From NCBI GenBank assembly GCA_023140195.1, contig JAGLME010000014.1, positions 17,656 to 81,655 of the forward strand: DNA of 64,000 nt, written 5' to 3'. Below are positions 54,638 to 64,000 of this stretch, piece after piece. Both the position numbers and the translations under genes were made by a program. Origin of the DNA: Thermoplasmata archaeon (lineage in GTDB: Archaea > Thermoplasmatota > Thermoplasmata > RBG-16-68-12 > SOIM01). The notes under the pieces are model-generated. The model was not told where the DNA came from and made no database searches. It saw nothing but the letters and a program-made list of their open reading frames with translations. Every line of letters starts with the position of its first letter. Positions within the stretch are counted from its first letter, which is position 1.

Positions 54638-55263
54638 GCGGACTGGGACTTTTTCAGCATTTTCAGCCTGAAGATATTCTCCCTTTCTAGCTCTTCAAGT
54701 CTCAACCTGATGAACGCCTCTGCCGATTTCAGGTCCGGTATGATCTTGAATTCCAGAGCATTGACCCTTCGCTTGGTCTTCTCTATCTCGTCCAGGAGCT
54801 TTCTCATCGTGGTCTCGGCTTCGGCTGCGACTATTATGTCCTCCACCAGATCCTCGTAGGCTTCTGCCGCCTCATCTATACGCGCTGATGATTCGATTAT
54901 CCCGTAGCCCCTCTCGTCCAGCCTTTTCCTGACGCTCTTGGCCTTTATCTGCGGGACAACGATTCCCATGACGTTCTTGGTGGTCAGTTCCATGGACGGT
55001 ACTTCAATGAGCGACAATGCCGCCGACTTGACCCCCACCGCACCCTCGATCGCTTCCGCGACCGCGATCTTCTGTCTGGCAGTCTTGTATTTTTCGGTGA
55101 TCTGCCCTCGAATCTCCTTTGCCTTGTCCAGGACCTTGAAGAACTCCATAATGAGGCTGTCCCTCTTCATCCTCAGCAGCTTGTAGCCTTTCTCGGATAG
55201 CTTGATCCTCTTCCTGAGTTCCAGGAGTTCCGATCTTGTGGGTTTGAACTCTCTCAATGCCAA
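54634..55263 (-). CDS. atpD: A-type ATP synthase subunit D
   Basis: Position after subunit B. PTRSELLELRKRIKLSEKGYKLLRMKRD is a typical N-terminus. Confidence 0.9.
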   Translation of the reverse strand: MALREFKPTRSELLELRKRIKLSEKGYKLLRMKRDSLIMEFFKVLDKAKEIRGQITEKYKTARQKIAVAEAIEGAVGVKSAALSLIEVPSMELTTKNVMGIVVPQIKAKSVRKRLDERGYGIIESSARIDEAAEAYEDLVEDIIVAAEAETTMRKLLDEIEKTKRRVNALEFKIIPDLKSAEAFIRLRLEELERENIFRLKMLKKSQSA

Positions 55264-56646
55264 TTATCCACTCTTCCTGTGCGCCGGGTGATACTTCTCT
55301 ATGGTCTCTCTATCGATCTTGGTCAGCATGCTCTCGTCCACTTTGCTGAGCAGGTCCCATGTAATCTCCAGGGTCTTCTCTATGTCTCGGTCCTCTTCCC
55401 TTCCCTGCCGGACCAGCTTGTCCTCGAAGACGTCCGCGAAGTCCAGGAGCTTCCTGTCCCTTTCCGTGAGAGCTTCCTTGCCAACGATGGCCACTAGGCC
55501 TCTGAGATCCCTTCCTTCAGCGTATGCAGCGTAGCTCTGGTCGGATACCTGCTTGTGGTCCTCTCTGGTCTGGCCAGGTCCTATCCCAGCGTCCATCAGT
55601 CTCGACAGAGATGGGGACACATCCAGAGGCGGATAGATACCTTTCCTGTGCAGTTCCCTGGAAACGACCAATTGGCCTTCGGTAATGTATGCGCTGAGAT
55701 CTGGTATGGGGTGCGTTATGTCATCATCCGGCATCGTAAGGATCGGGATCTGGGTGATCGAACCCTTCTTGCCTTTGATCTTCCCCGCTCTCTCATACAT
55801 TGTGGCCAGATCGGTGTACATATAACCGGGATATCCTCGTCTTCCAGGAACCTCTTCTCTTGCCGCTCCGATTTGTCTCAACGCTTCGCAGTAGTTCGTG
55901 AGGTCGGTCAGGATGACCAGAATGTGATAATCATGCTCGAAAGCCAGGTATTCGGCGGCCGTCAATGCCATTCTCGGCGTGATCAACCGTTCGACCGCAG
56001 GATCGTCGGCGAGGTTCAGGAACAGAACAGCTCTTTTGAGCGCTCCGGTCCGCTCGAAGTCTCTCATGAATATCTGTGCTTCCTCATGTGTGATGCCCAT
56101 TGCGGCAAAGACCACCGCGAAAGCCTCTTCCTTTCCCGGAACCTTCGCTTGTCTTGCGATCTGAAGGGCGATCTCGTTGTGTGGCAGACCAGATCCAGAG
56201 AATATGGGTAGTTTCTGACCCCGGACCAGCGTGTTCATGCCGTCGATGGTCGAAATGCCCGTCTGAATGAACTCCTTGGGCGAGTCCCTGGCGTAGGGAT
56301 TAATCGCAGCGCCACCGATCTCGAGTCTCTTCTCCGGAATGACCGGCGGACCTCCGTCCAACGGATTGCCACCGCCGGAGAGGATCCTTCCCAGCATGTC
56401 CTTTGACACGTTCAGCTTGGCGGTCTCTCCTAGGAACTTGACGCTGGATGCCTTGTCGATGCCCGCGGTGCCTTCGAAGATCTGAATCACGACCAGGTCC
56501 TTGGAAGTGTCCAGAACCTGTCCTCTCTTCGTCGTGCCATCCGGTAAGCCGACTTCCACCAGTTCTCCATACCCAACCCATTCGGTCTTCTCCACGAAGA
56601 CCAGCGGACCGGCGATCTCGGTTATCGTCCTGTATTCCTTGCTCAT
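55264..56646 (-). CDS. atpB: A-type ATP synthase subunit B
   Basis: [32 protein letters not shown] motifs; 460 aa. Confidence 0.95.
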   Translation of the reverse strand: MSKEYRTITEIAGPLVFVEKTEWVGYGELVEVGLPDGTTKRGQVLDTSKDLVVIQIFEGTAGIDKASSVKFLGETAKLNVSKDMLGRILSGGGNPLDGGPPVIPEKRLEIGGAAINPYARDSPKEFIQTGISTIDGMNTLVRGQKLPIFSGSGLPHNEIALQIARQAKVPGKEEAFAVVFAAMGITHEEAQIFMRDFERTGALKRAVLFLNLADDPAVERLITPRMALTAAEYLAFEHDYHILVILTDLTNYCEALRQIGAAREEVPGRRGYPGYMYTDLATMYERAGKIKGKKGSITQIPILTMPDDDITHPIPDLSAYITEGQLVVSRELHRKGIYPPLDVSPSLSRLMDAGIGPGQTREDHKQVSDQSYAAYAEGRDLRGLVAIVGKEALTERDRKLLDFADVFEDKLVRQGREEDRDIEKTLEITWDLLSKVDESMLTKIDRETIEKYHPAHRKSG

Positions 56647-58418
56647 GAGGTCACCTCCAGGTCCCGGAATTCCTTTTCCATCAGTTCACTGATCACCTTG
56701 AGCTTTCCATCGAAGTCCTCCTCGAACTTCAGCTTTGCCAGCTCATCTCTCGATTTGAGATACGCAATGTCCTTTACCGGAACCTCCAGTGCCAAAGCCT
56801 TCTCCGCAAGGTCCGAGTACTTCTTTATCTGGTTGAGGAGGAGGAACTGCTTGTTCAACTCGCAGTAGGTGTCAACCTTGTGGAACGCGTTCTGCTGAAG
56901 GACGAATTCCCTGATCATCCTGGCGATCTCCAATGTAAGTTGCTGTTGTTCGGGCAGCGCATCGGAACCAACCAGCTGGACAATCTCCTGCAGTTCCGCT
57001 TCGGTCTGCAGTGTGGCCATCGACCATTCCCTGAGTGACGACCAATCGGAATCCACTTCCTTGTCGAACCAATCCTTCACTATCTGGTTATACAGGCTGT
57101 ACGAGGTGAGCCAGTTGATGGCCGGGAAATGTCTTCTTTCCCTCAACTTTGTGTCCAGAGCCCAGAAGACCTTCACGATACGCAGTGTTCCCTGCGTGAC
57201 CGGTTCTGAGAAATCGCCTCCAGGAGGTGAGACCGCACCAACGACCGATACTGATCCTTCCTTTCCGCTGAGGGTTGAGACGCGACCAGCCCTCTCGTAG
57301 AACTCTGAGAGCTTTGACGAAAGGTAAGCTGGATATCCCTCCTCTCCCGGCATCTCTTCCAGTCTGGATGAGATCTCCCTCATCGCCTCGGCCCATCTGC
57401 TGGTACTGTCCGCCATCAGGGAGACGTCGTAGCCCATGTCCCTGTAGTATTCTGCAATCGTGATTCCGGTGTATACGGATGCTTCCCTGGCAGCGACCGG
57501 CATGTTGCTGGTGTTGGCGATTAGCACAGTCCTTTCCATCAACGGAGCTCCGGTTCTGGGGTCCTCCAATTTCGGGAAATCGGACAGAACCTCGGTCATC
57601 TCGTTCCCCCTCTCTCCGCAGCCGATGTACACGACGATCTCGGAGTCGCACCACTTCGCCAGCTGATGTTCAGTGACCGTCTTTCCCGTGCCAAAACCGC
57701 CGGGGATGGCAGCAGTCCCACCTTTAGCCAGCGGGAAGAACATGTCCAAGACCCTCTGCCCAGTGATCAGCGGGATATCCGGCATGAGCTTGTCCTTGCT
57801 CGGCCTCGGCAATCTCACCGGCCACTTTTGCATCAGTTTTATCTTCGATCCGTTGTCGAGCGTGCAGACGGTGTCCTCCACGGTGTACTCGCCTTCTTGT
57901 ATGCTTGAGATCTTCCCACTTATTCTCGGGGGGACCATGATCCGGTGCTCCACGTTCTTTGCCTCTTGCACGGTTCCTATGATCTGACCACCTGTGACAT
58001 CTTCGCCTACGCTTGCCGTGGGAACGAACTTCCATCTCTTGCTCCTGTCGAGCCCGGGAGCGGAGACTCCTCTCCTGATGTACTCTCCCATTTGCTCAAC
58101 CAATACTGGAAGGGGCCTCTGAACGCCATCGTAGATACTGCCCAGCAACCCAGGTCCGAGCTCTACCACCAGGGGCAAGCCAGTGTCTATGACCTTCTCA
58201 CCCGGCCTGATGCCGCTGGTGTCCTCGTACACCTGGATGATCGTCTTGTCCCCAACGATCTTTATGACCTCTCCCATCAATAGTTCTTCACCCACATGGA
58301 CAACGTCGTACATCTTGGGAGCAATGCCAGTGGCTGTTACGACGGGTCCCGCGACCCGGAATATCTCACCACCGCGTCCCAAAGCCGACGATTCCGGTTC
58401 CTTCGTTCTCATTTCCAC
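56643..58418 (-). CDS. atpA: A-type ATP synthase catalytic subunit A
   Basis: Walker A GGFGTGKT and [10 protein letters not shown]. 591 aa, no intein-sized insertion. Confidence 0.95.
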   Translation of the reverse strand: MEMRTKEPESSALGRGGEIFRVAGPVVTATGIAPKMYDVVHVGEELLMGEVIKIVGDKTIIQVYEDTSGIRPGEKVIDTGLPLVVELGPGLLGSIYDGVQRPLPVLVEQMGEYIRRGVSAPGLDRSKRWKFVPTASVGEDVTGGQIIGTVQEAKNVEHRIMVPPRISGKISSIQEGEYTVEDTVCTLDNGSKIKLMQKWPVRLPRPSKDKLMPDIPLITGQRVLDMFFPLAKGGTAAIPGGFGTGKTVTEHQLAKWCDSEIVVYIGCGERGNEMTEVLSDFPKLEDPRTGAPLMERTVLIANTSNMPVAAREASVYTGITIAEYYRDMGYDVSLMADSTSRWAEAMREISSRLEEMPGEEGYPAYLSSKLSEFYERAGRVSTLSGKEGSVSVVGAVSPPGGDFSEPVTQGTLRIVKVFWALDTKLRERRHFPAINWLTSYSLYNQIVKDWFDKEVDSDWSSLREWSMATLQTEAELQEIVQLVGSDALPEQQQLTLEIARMIREFVLQQNAFHKVDTYCELNKQFLLLNQIKKYSDLAEKALALEVPVKDIAYLKSRDELAKLKFEEDFDGKLKVISELMEKEFRDLEVTS

Positions 58419-58427
58419 TATACCACC

Positions 58428-58730
58428 TCATCCAGTTTGATACAAATCAACGCCAATTGCCCTCTTGACCTTGCTTCTAAGGTCCTCTTCTTCCTCCTCA
58501 CCCACGGATATGACCACGGGCTTGGGGCTATCCACCAATTTTGCCTTGAAAACAGCTGGAACTTTGGCCAGGGAGCTTGAATGGACTATCAATACGCCGA
58601 TCCTTTCGTCCTCCATGACCTCGGTGATCTTTGCCTCCAGGTCTTCATCGGGAACCGCGTAGGTCCTTCTTATGCCAACGAGCTTGAAGCCCAACACGAA
58701 TTCCTCATCACCGACTGCAGCCAGTTCCAA
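58428..58730 (-). CDS. atpF: A-type ATP synthase subunit F
   Basis: 100 aa. AAVGDEEFVLGFKLVGI... is the typical F subunit pattern and the operon position fits. Confidence 0.85.
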   Translation of the reverse strand: MELAAVGDEEFVLGFKLVGIRRTYAVPDEDLEAKITEVMEDERIGVLIVHSSSLAKVPAVFKAKLVDSPKPVVISVGEEEEEDLRSKVKRAIGVDLYQTG

Positions 58731-58731
58731 C

Positions 58732-59826
58732 TTAGACCACCAACATCTCCTTCATCATATCATTGCTCAGTCCAGCCTGCTTTCCTCTAGCGATTATCCT
58801 GATGTTCTCAACCTCTCTCTCCTTACGGGAGAAATAATCCAACACTGGCAGTATTGAGAGAGGATGAATGTGCGAATACTTGGTCGCACGTCTTATCAAC
58901 GACTTCTCGAGCGCCCTCATCACATCGCCCAGTCCCTTCTCCTCGATGTCCTTAAGAAGGGGTGAGACGATAGTTTGGAAGGAGGTTCCCTTCAACCTAG
59001 CCTCCAGTTGCTCGTTGGGCAGTACTATCATCTCGTTCAGGTCCGTCGCCGGTATCTCGAGCCCACCCTTCACAAACACCTCGCCCTCGATCTCGCACTG
59101 AATGTACCTTACCCTGAGCAAGGTCTTCATGTTGAGGGTATCGATCTCTCTCTGGATGTGCCTTCTGAAGCGCACATTGGGCTCGATCGTCGGGGGGATG
59201 ACCTCCAGCAGATACGAGTAGTACTTGTGGGTCAACGCATCTTCGAAGGGGGCCATGGTTCCCGATGCTTCCACCTTGTCCTCGACCTCCTTCAGGGATT
59301 CCCAGAAGATGGTCCCTTCAAGGCCGTCGATTATCTCATCTATGGTCTCCAGTTCCAGAAGGCTCTCCAAGAACTCCCGTCTGAATGACCCTGCCGGTAC
59401 GATGGTCTCCCAGATCTCCTCGTTTGTCGAGCCAGAGAACTTCCCCCTCAGTATGCTCTTGATGTTCCATACGTCCCATCGGTCCAGATATCTTGAGATC
59501 ATGGTCCTCAGATGCCCTTCAGAGAACTCATATATCTGTGTGAAGACCTTCGCCAGGTTGTTCCTCGTTGCCATCTCTATCAGATCCACTCCCGTGAGCT
59601 TCGTACCCAGGCTCAGGATCTCCTCGGCGTACTGTCCTTCACCTATCGACCTCGCTATCTGGGGGATGTCCATCTGCAGGTACCTCGTGTACACGTCCGG
59701 GCTCAAAAGCCATTTCTTCTTGGCCTTCACCCTGGCGCAGACGTAGGGATAGTTCCCACTCTCGAATGGTAGTGCCGATCGCACTCTATCTTTCAAGTCC
59801 TTGAGAGTCGTCATTCCTCGCCCCAC
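58732..59826 (-). CDS. atpC: A-type ATP synthase subunit C
   Basis: 364 aa, YPYVCARVKAKKKWLL N-terminus, correct operon position. Confidence 0.85.
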   Translation of the reverse strand: MGRGMTTLKDLKDRVRSALPFESGNYPYVCARVKAKKKWLLSPDVYTRYLQMDIPQIARSIGEGQYAEEILSLGTKLTGVDLIEMATRNNLAKVFTQIYEFSEGHLRTMISRYLDRWDVWNIKSILRGKFSGSTNEEIWETIVPAGSFRREFLESLLELETIDEIIDGLEGTIFWESLKEVEDKVEASGTMAPFEDALTHKYYSYLLEVIPPTIEPNVRFRRHIQREIDTLNMKTLLRVRYIQCEIEGEVFVKGGLEIPATDLNEMIVLPNEQLEARLKGTSFQTIVSPLLKDIEEKGLGDVMRALEKSLIRRATKYSHIHPLSILPVLDYFSRKEREVENIRIIARGKQAGLSNDMMKEMLVV

Positions 59827-60368
59827 AACAGGTCAGAGACTTCCTTTATCGAGTCGTCCCAGATCTCCCTGAGAGCCGTCTCGTATCTGAGATCGATCCG
59901 CATCTGGCCGTCCTGACTCTCGATTATGAGCCCACCGATGCAGTCCGTGGTCCCGGCGAAGTTGCCGCCCACCAGCCCTTTCACAAGAGGGGAGTCCTTC
60001 TCGTTGCAGAACACCTTTCCAGAACTGATCTCCGTTTGGTTCCGCCTCACCATAGATCTGAGAATGTTCTCGTTCTGCGGGAGATTCCCGAGCCTGTCAA
60101 GAGCTCTCTGATAGACGGCGTCGAGCATGTCCTTCTGACTGCCCAGCACTATCTTCTTGGATTCCAGCTCCGTTCTGGCGATCTCTTGTGTGTTCATTCT
60201 CACTACGAGCTTCTTGGACTCTTCCACCTTGGAGTCGAGAAGCAACTGCCCTTCGGCCTGAGCTTCCTTGACCTGCTTCTTCTTCTCTTTTTGCCCCTGC
60301 TCGATGATCTGCCGCGCTTCCTCTTTCCCCGTGTTGAGGATACTCTCTATCACTTTGTCTAGTGACAT
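59811..60368 (-). CDS. atpE: A-type ATP synthase subunit E
   Basis: Preferred start is the internal ATG at 60368 (MSLDKVIESIL...). Charged helical N-terminus and correct operon position. Confidence 0.8.
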   Translation of the reverse strand: MSLDKVIESILNTGKEEARQIIEQGQKEKKKQVKEAQAEGQLLLDSKVEESKKLVVRMNTQEIARTELESKKIVLGSQKDMLDAVYQRALDRLGNLPQNENILRSMVRRNQTEISSGKVFCNEKDSPLVKGLVGGNFAGTTDCIGGLIIESQDGQMRIDLRYETALREIWDDSIKEVSDLLWGEE

Positions 60369-60384
60369 AGGTCTGTCGCCTTGG

Positions 60385-60621
60385 TTATCCCATTTTGCCC
60401 AACAACATAAGCGCAATTACAAGCCCGAAAATGACTATAGTCTCTGGTAGAACCATGAAGACTATACCCTTTCCGAACAACGATTCGTTCTCTGCCATTG
60501 CGCCCACAGCCGCTGCTCCCACGACCTTCTCAGCCCATGCCGTAGCTACGGCTGAACCGACCATCGCGATTGCGGCTGCCAATGCTATTAGGCCATCACC
60601 TATTTCGCCTGCCATTTTCAT
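60385..60621 (-). CDS. atpK: A-type ATP synthase proteolipid subunit K (c)
   Basis: 78-aa two-helix hairpin, Gly/Ala-rich helix 1 and a conserved Glu in LPETIVIFGLV. Confidence 0.88.
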   Translation of the reverse strand: MKMAGEIGDGLIALAAAIAMVGSAVATAWAEKVVGAAAVGAMAENESLFGKGIVFMVLPETIVIFGLVIALMLLGKMG

Positions 60622-62570
60622 ACCTCCTTAGACATTGCTCCCGGCTCTCCAAAGGGTTTGAATCTCTCTCCATTCCCCTCGTAGAACTTGAGGAAGAATT
60701 CCACATAGTTGAGCCTGATTGCCTGAATTCCCGCGGACAGCGCCCCCAGGACGAATATCACAAAGTGAGATAATATCAGGAAGATACCACCTAAGATCAG
60801 CCCTTCGATGGCCCCGCTGACTGCCCATGGCACCAGCATTTCATTGAACGCGTTCGCCATTGCCCCCTTCGCCACGGCCACACCTGCCAGCCTCGCGTAC
60901 GAGAACATGTTAGCGAGGAGACCTATTACCTCCACCAGACCCATGGGTTCGCCTATCCCCAAGAGAACAGCTCCGATTACCAGCAGGATTATACTCACGT
61001 AAGAGACGATCCACCCGCCGAAATCGAATCCAAAACCGGTTGGAAACGCGATGTCCAGCCCCACGGTCTGCCCTATCCAGTGTGGGAGGTCCACTACGAA
61101 GACGGCCACTCGTGGCGGATAAGGTCTGTTGTAAGCCGTGACCATGATCAGGATGAAGAAGGCGAAGAGAATCAGCATCCATCCGACCTTGGCCATGGCA
61201 TGTTTCTTCTTCCCCTTCTTGAACTCGTTGATGAAACCGAATGCGTACCCTATCCCCAGGTGGATGAGAGCGGCGATAAAGGACACCATGATGAGGTCCA
61301 TCACGTCATCGAGTTTGTGGAATAGCGGGAACTTCAGAGACAGGAAACCTATCTCAACCTCCAGATGTTCCCAAATAGGGAACCCAAAGGCGTCCCCGAA
61401 CACGAACAGGCCGAAGAACACCGAGAACACACCACCCCAGAACATGACCAACATCAGATTTCTGAAATCTGGCATGCTCTTCAGTTTCGCCTGCATGATG
61501 AAGGCGGTGACCATCATCGCTACTCCGTATCCTATGTCACCGATCATGAAGCCGAAGAAAAGCGGGAAGACGAAGAACAGAATCGGCGTGGGATCCAACT
61601 CATCGCTCTTGGGTGTAGAGAACATGTGAACGAAGAATTCTGCCCGGCTGGCGGGTTCTGGATTGTCCAGGAGGACAGGCGATTCCTCCTCCTCCTTTTC
61701 TATCTCTTCGATGTAGAGTGTGCCCATCTTGGACAGGGAGGACTTGACCTCCTTGGCTCGTTCCTTGGGGATCCATCCATCAACGGCGAACGAGTGTTCT
61801 GTGGACGCGAATCTCAAAGGAGCTTCGGCCTTCTCCACCTGAACTGTAAGGAAATCCTCGGCCGACAGGACGAAATGTGCGTGTTTCTCCTTGAGCTTCT
61901 CCAACGTATCCTGTGTCTGCTCCAGTCTCTTCTTGAGGTTCTTCTTCTCGGTCTCAAGGTCCTTGGTCACCTTCAACGGTAGTCCATCTCCCTCCGGAAC
62001 CTCGACAGCCACGAAACCGCGGTCATTCAGGAATGTCTGTACCTCCGAAGCCTTCTTCTCAGGTACAAAAAGAGCAATGAACTTCTCATGCTGGTAGACC
62101 TCGAAATCCGGGGCGACCTTCGCCAACCCTTCCAGGGATTTGGATGTCCGACCGACAAAGACATGCAGGTTCTCATAACCTCTATACAACCCGAGTGGAA
62201 GTGGAATATGTGAGAATGGCTCCAGAGTCCTCAATCGAATGTCTATGTTGCTCAATCTGGATTCTATATGCTTCCTGGCATTGTCCTCATCGGATATCTG
62301 CAGTTCGAGGCTCGTGATCTTGCCCTCTATCTCCCCCGTGACAGGGCCCCCCTTCCTTGCCTGCGATTCATCCAGTTCCAGCACCGAACAGATGGATCGA
62401 AGCTTGATCAGGCTGGTGGATGCCGAGGATGCCTTCTCTAAGGGCTTCCCGATCTTGAAGGTCTCATCTTCTTCGACAAAATCCAGAAGGTGCAGAGTTT
62501 CCAGAGAATAAAGGATCTCTACTGTAGGTTCAAGGTCCTTCTTGGGACCCACAATAAGAATCCTAGACAT
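60618..62570 (-). CDS. atpI: A-type ATP synthase subunit I (a)
   Basis: 650 aa with a soluble N-terminal half and a polytopic C-terminal half (SYARLAGVAVA motif). Confidence 0.9.
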   Translation of the reverse strand: MSRILIVGPKKDLEPTVEILYSLETLHLLDFVEEDETFKIGKPLEKASSASTSLIKLRSICSVLELDESQARKGGPVTGEIEGKITSLELQISDEDNARKHIESRLSNIDIRLRTLEPFSHIPLPLGLYRGYENLHVFVGRTSKSLEGLAKVAPDFEVYQHEKFIALFVPEKKASEVQTFLNDRGFVAVEVPEGDGLPLKVTKDLETEKKNLKKRLEQTQDTLEKLKEKHAHFVLSAEDFLTVQVEKAEAPLRFASTEHSFAVDGWIPKERAKEVKSSLSKMGTLYIEEIEKEEEESPVLLDNPEPASRAEFFVHMFSTPKSDELDPTPILFFVFPLFFGFMIGDIGYGVAMMVTAFIMQAKLKSMPDFRNLMLVMFWGGVFSVFFGLFVFGDAFGFPIWEHLEVEIGFLSLKFPLFHKLDDVMDLIMVSFIAALIHLGIGYAFGFINEFKKGKKKHAMAKVGWMLILFAFFILIMVTAYNRPYPPRVAVFVVDLPHWIGQTVGLDIAFPTGFGFDFGGWIVSYVSIILLVIGAVLLGIGEPMGLVEVIGLLANMFSYARLAGVAVAKGAMANAFNEMLVPWAVSGAIEGLILGGIFLILSHFVIFVLGALSAGIQAIRLNYVEFFLKFYEGNGERFKPFGEPGAMSKEV

Positions 62571-62919
62571 CTGTTTGGGACGGAACAGCTACTACCCCCT
62601 CCTCGAAGCGTTTCAGCAGCAATGAAACCGCCGGATCGATCTTTGCCTCTCCCTTCTGCTTAATGACCATGGCCTCCTGCCTTCCTTGCTCCAGAATACT
62701 GGCAGTCTTGACCTCGATCTCCTTCTTTCCTGCGTCCAATCGTCCTCTGAGTGTTTCATCTGCCGTACGCCTGGACTCATCCTGAATCCGGAGTACCTCC
62801 TTCTTGGTTTCCTTCAAAATCCTCTCTTTCTCGTCGGTTGCCCTCTTCTTCATCTCCTGGACTTCCGCCTCCGCCTCCTTAACCTTGACTAATGCCTCAC
62901 CCTTCCTCATGGAACCCAT
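62563..62919 (-). CDS. atpH: A-type ATP synthase subunit H
   Basis: 118-aa charged helical protein and first gene of the operon. Assignment is by position and composition. Confidence 0.7.
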   Translation of the reverse strand: MGSMRKGEALVKVKEAEAEVQEMKKRATDEKERILKETKKEVLRIQDESRRTADETLRGRLDAGKKEIEVKTASILEQGRQEAMVIKQKGEAKIDPAVSLLLKRFEEGVVAVPSQTDV

Positions 62920-62936
62920 TGGGTAAATGAAATAAT

Positions 62937-62949
62937 CGACTTAAAGGTT
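62937..62949 (-). promoter_or_regulatory. TATA box of ATP synthase operon
   Basis: Minus strand reads AACCTTTAAGTCG about 23 nt upstream of the atpH ATG (62919), giving a leaderless-like geometry. Confidence 0.4.
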
Positions 62950-63078
62950 TCGTGAAACGGCATCTTGAGGATCCCATAGCCAGACACTCCGAGCATTCCT
63001 CGGCATTTACGCCCCTTCTCCCTTTTCAATGAAGACACCATCCAAGGTCGGATTATTGGAAAAAAAGGACTCCCATTC

Positions 63079-63885
63079 CTACTCAGGAGGTGCTATGCCG
63101 AGCCCCAGTCCTATCGTCCCCAGCAGGTCTTCGAACGTCGGGTTCTTTGGTGTTATCATCACCCCGATACCTTCCTCTTCCAGCCGTTTTCTGGTGGAGC
63201 GATTCATGGCCGCGACTATCTTGTCGTTCAGTATGTCCGCCACCTTGTCTCTTACCCCGAGTTCGTTGGCAATCTCCAGGAAATGGGTCACCGTTCGGGC
63301 GCTGGTGAAGGCAAAGATGTCGATATCCCTTCGAATGGCCATCTGAATGAGCTTCTTGGGCTCGGACAGGTCTTCGGGAAGGTCGATCGTATACAGGGGC
63401 AGAACATGGACCTCCACTCCCATGTCTATCAATCTCTCCGCCAGCATCTTCGATCCCTTCGAGCTTGTCAGGACCTCCACTCTCTTCCCGACCAGATCAT
63501 ATTGGCTGGAAAGGTAGCTTATCAGTCCTTTGATTGTCACAACCTCGGGAACATCCGAAGGTTCCAAACCCACCTTTTTGAGAGATTCCGCGGTCTGGTC
63601 CCCAACGGCAATCACATGACAATGACCCAGCTGGCTTAGGAAACGGTCTTTCGGAACGTACGCGTCCGCGTTCTCGATCGCGAACCTGATCACGTTCTCG
63701 CTCATGACTAGGCAGAGGTAGATAGAACGGTTCGATAGTGCAACCAGAAAACTACGGAACTCATTGCCCGAGACACTCTTCATCTCAATCATCGGTGCCC
63801 CAACTGGATCGAAGCCCAGTTCTCTGGCAAGCTCCATCGACTCTGGAAGCGATTCTATTGGTCGCATCAATGCGATTCGATTCAA
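63079..63885 (-). CDS. hemD: uroporphyrinogen-III synthase
   Basis: HEM4-like two-lobe pattern (VMSENVIRFAI..., IAVGDQTAESLKKVG, FAFTSARTVTHFL, IVAAMNRSTRKRLEEEG). TTG 63885 or ATG 63867. Confidence 0.65.
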   Translation of the reverse strand: MNRIALMRPIESLPESMELARELGFDPVGAPMIEMKSVSGNEFRSFLVALSNRSIYLCLVMSENVIRFAIENADAYVPKDRFLSQLGHCHVIAVGDQTAESLKKVGLEPSDVPEVVTIKGLISYLSSQYDLVGKRVEVLTSSKGSKMLAERLIDMGVEVHVLPLYTIDLPEDLSEPKKLIQMAIRRDIDIFAFTSARTVTHFLEIANELGVRDKVADILNDKIVAAMNRSTRKRLEEEGIGVMITPKNPTFEDLLGTIGLGLGIAPPE

Positions 63886-63891
63886 AGCTCC

Positions 63892-64000
63892 TCACCCGTG
63901 CCTTATCTCCGAAACCCATTCTTTCAGAATGCTCTCGTTTGCTTCTATGTCTATGGTTATGTGAAAGGGGGTATTTGCCGTTTTCTCACGCTCTATGTCA
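63892..64000 (-). CDS. 3' end of an unidentified gene running off the window
   Basis: Open frame from the window edge to the TGA (complement at 63892-63894): ...DIEREKTANTPFHITIDIEANESILKEWVSEIRHG. Too short to assign. Confidence 0.3.
   Translation of the reverse strand, partial: DIEREKTANTPFHITIDIEANESILKEWVSEIRHG

Noticed and set aside
1-64000. Scan for tRNA, rRNA, CRISPR repeats, IS elements, integrases and prophage genes
   Set aside because: Intergenic regions are short and hold only promoter- or terminator-like sequence. No cloverleaf-compatible segments, no regularly spaced direct repeats and no transposase/integrase-like ORFs were recognised by eye. Computational tRNAscan/Infernal runs would be needed for certainty.

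Overview
Archaeal (euryarchaeal-type) chromosomal segment with about 55 densely packed protein genes on both strands. Many genes have overlapping stop/start codons, GGAGG-type ribosome-binding sites, or TTTAAGT-type TATA boxes 25-55 nt upstream. I recognise no rRNA, tRNA, CRISPR array, transposase or integrase. Housekeeping blocks: a complete A1Ao ATP synthase operon in canonical H-I-K-E-C-F-A-B-D order (54634-62919, minus); four-subunit 2-oxoacid:ferredoxin oxidoreductase porGDAB (44199-47144, minus); the Rpo7-Spt4-DUF359-S24e-S27ae cluster (40379-42312); membrane pyrophosphatase, NadA, ApgM, PyrF, HemD, M29 aminopeptidase, MobB and TatC/TatA. Accessory content: (i) 762-11355, two paralogous multihaem c-cytochrome cassettes, one joined to a Rieske/split cytochrome b module and one to an NrfC/NrfD module. 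(ii) 13928-16890, a very acidic membrane-anchored protein with about 21 DxDxDG-type loops, next to a radical SAM enzyme. (iii) 17053-23559, a Ras/Rab-like GTPase plus two P-loop/TPR STAND-type proteins. (iv) 24157-34975, two tandem giant BNR/Ig-repeat surface proteins with near-identical 3' ends, plus a 789-aa coiled-coil protein. (v) 48267-54637, two tandem Ras/Rab-like GTPases followed by a 1619-aa glycoprotein-like surface protein. The most likely candidate for an undescribed system is the repeated pairing of Ras/Rab-like GTPases with one ~120-aa alpha/beta domain. That domain occurs once as the cytoplasmic tail of the giant surface protein and once inserted into the P-loop domain of the 988-aa STAND/TPR protein. 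All family assignments come from motifs read by eye; no database search, HMM or structure prediction was possible.
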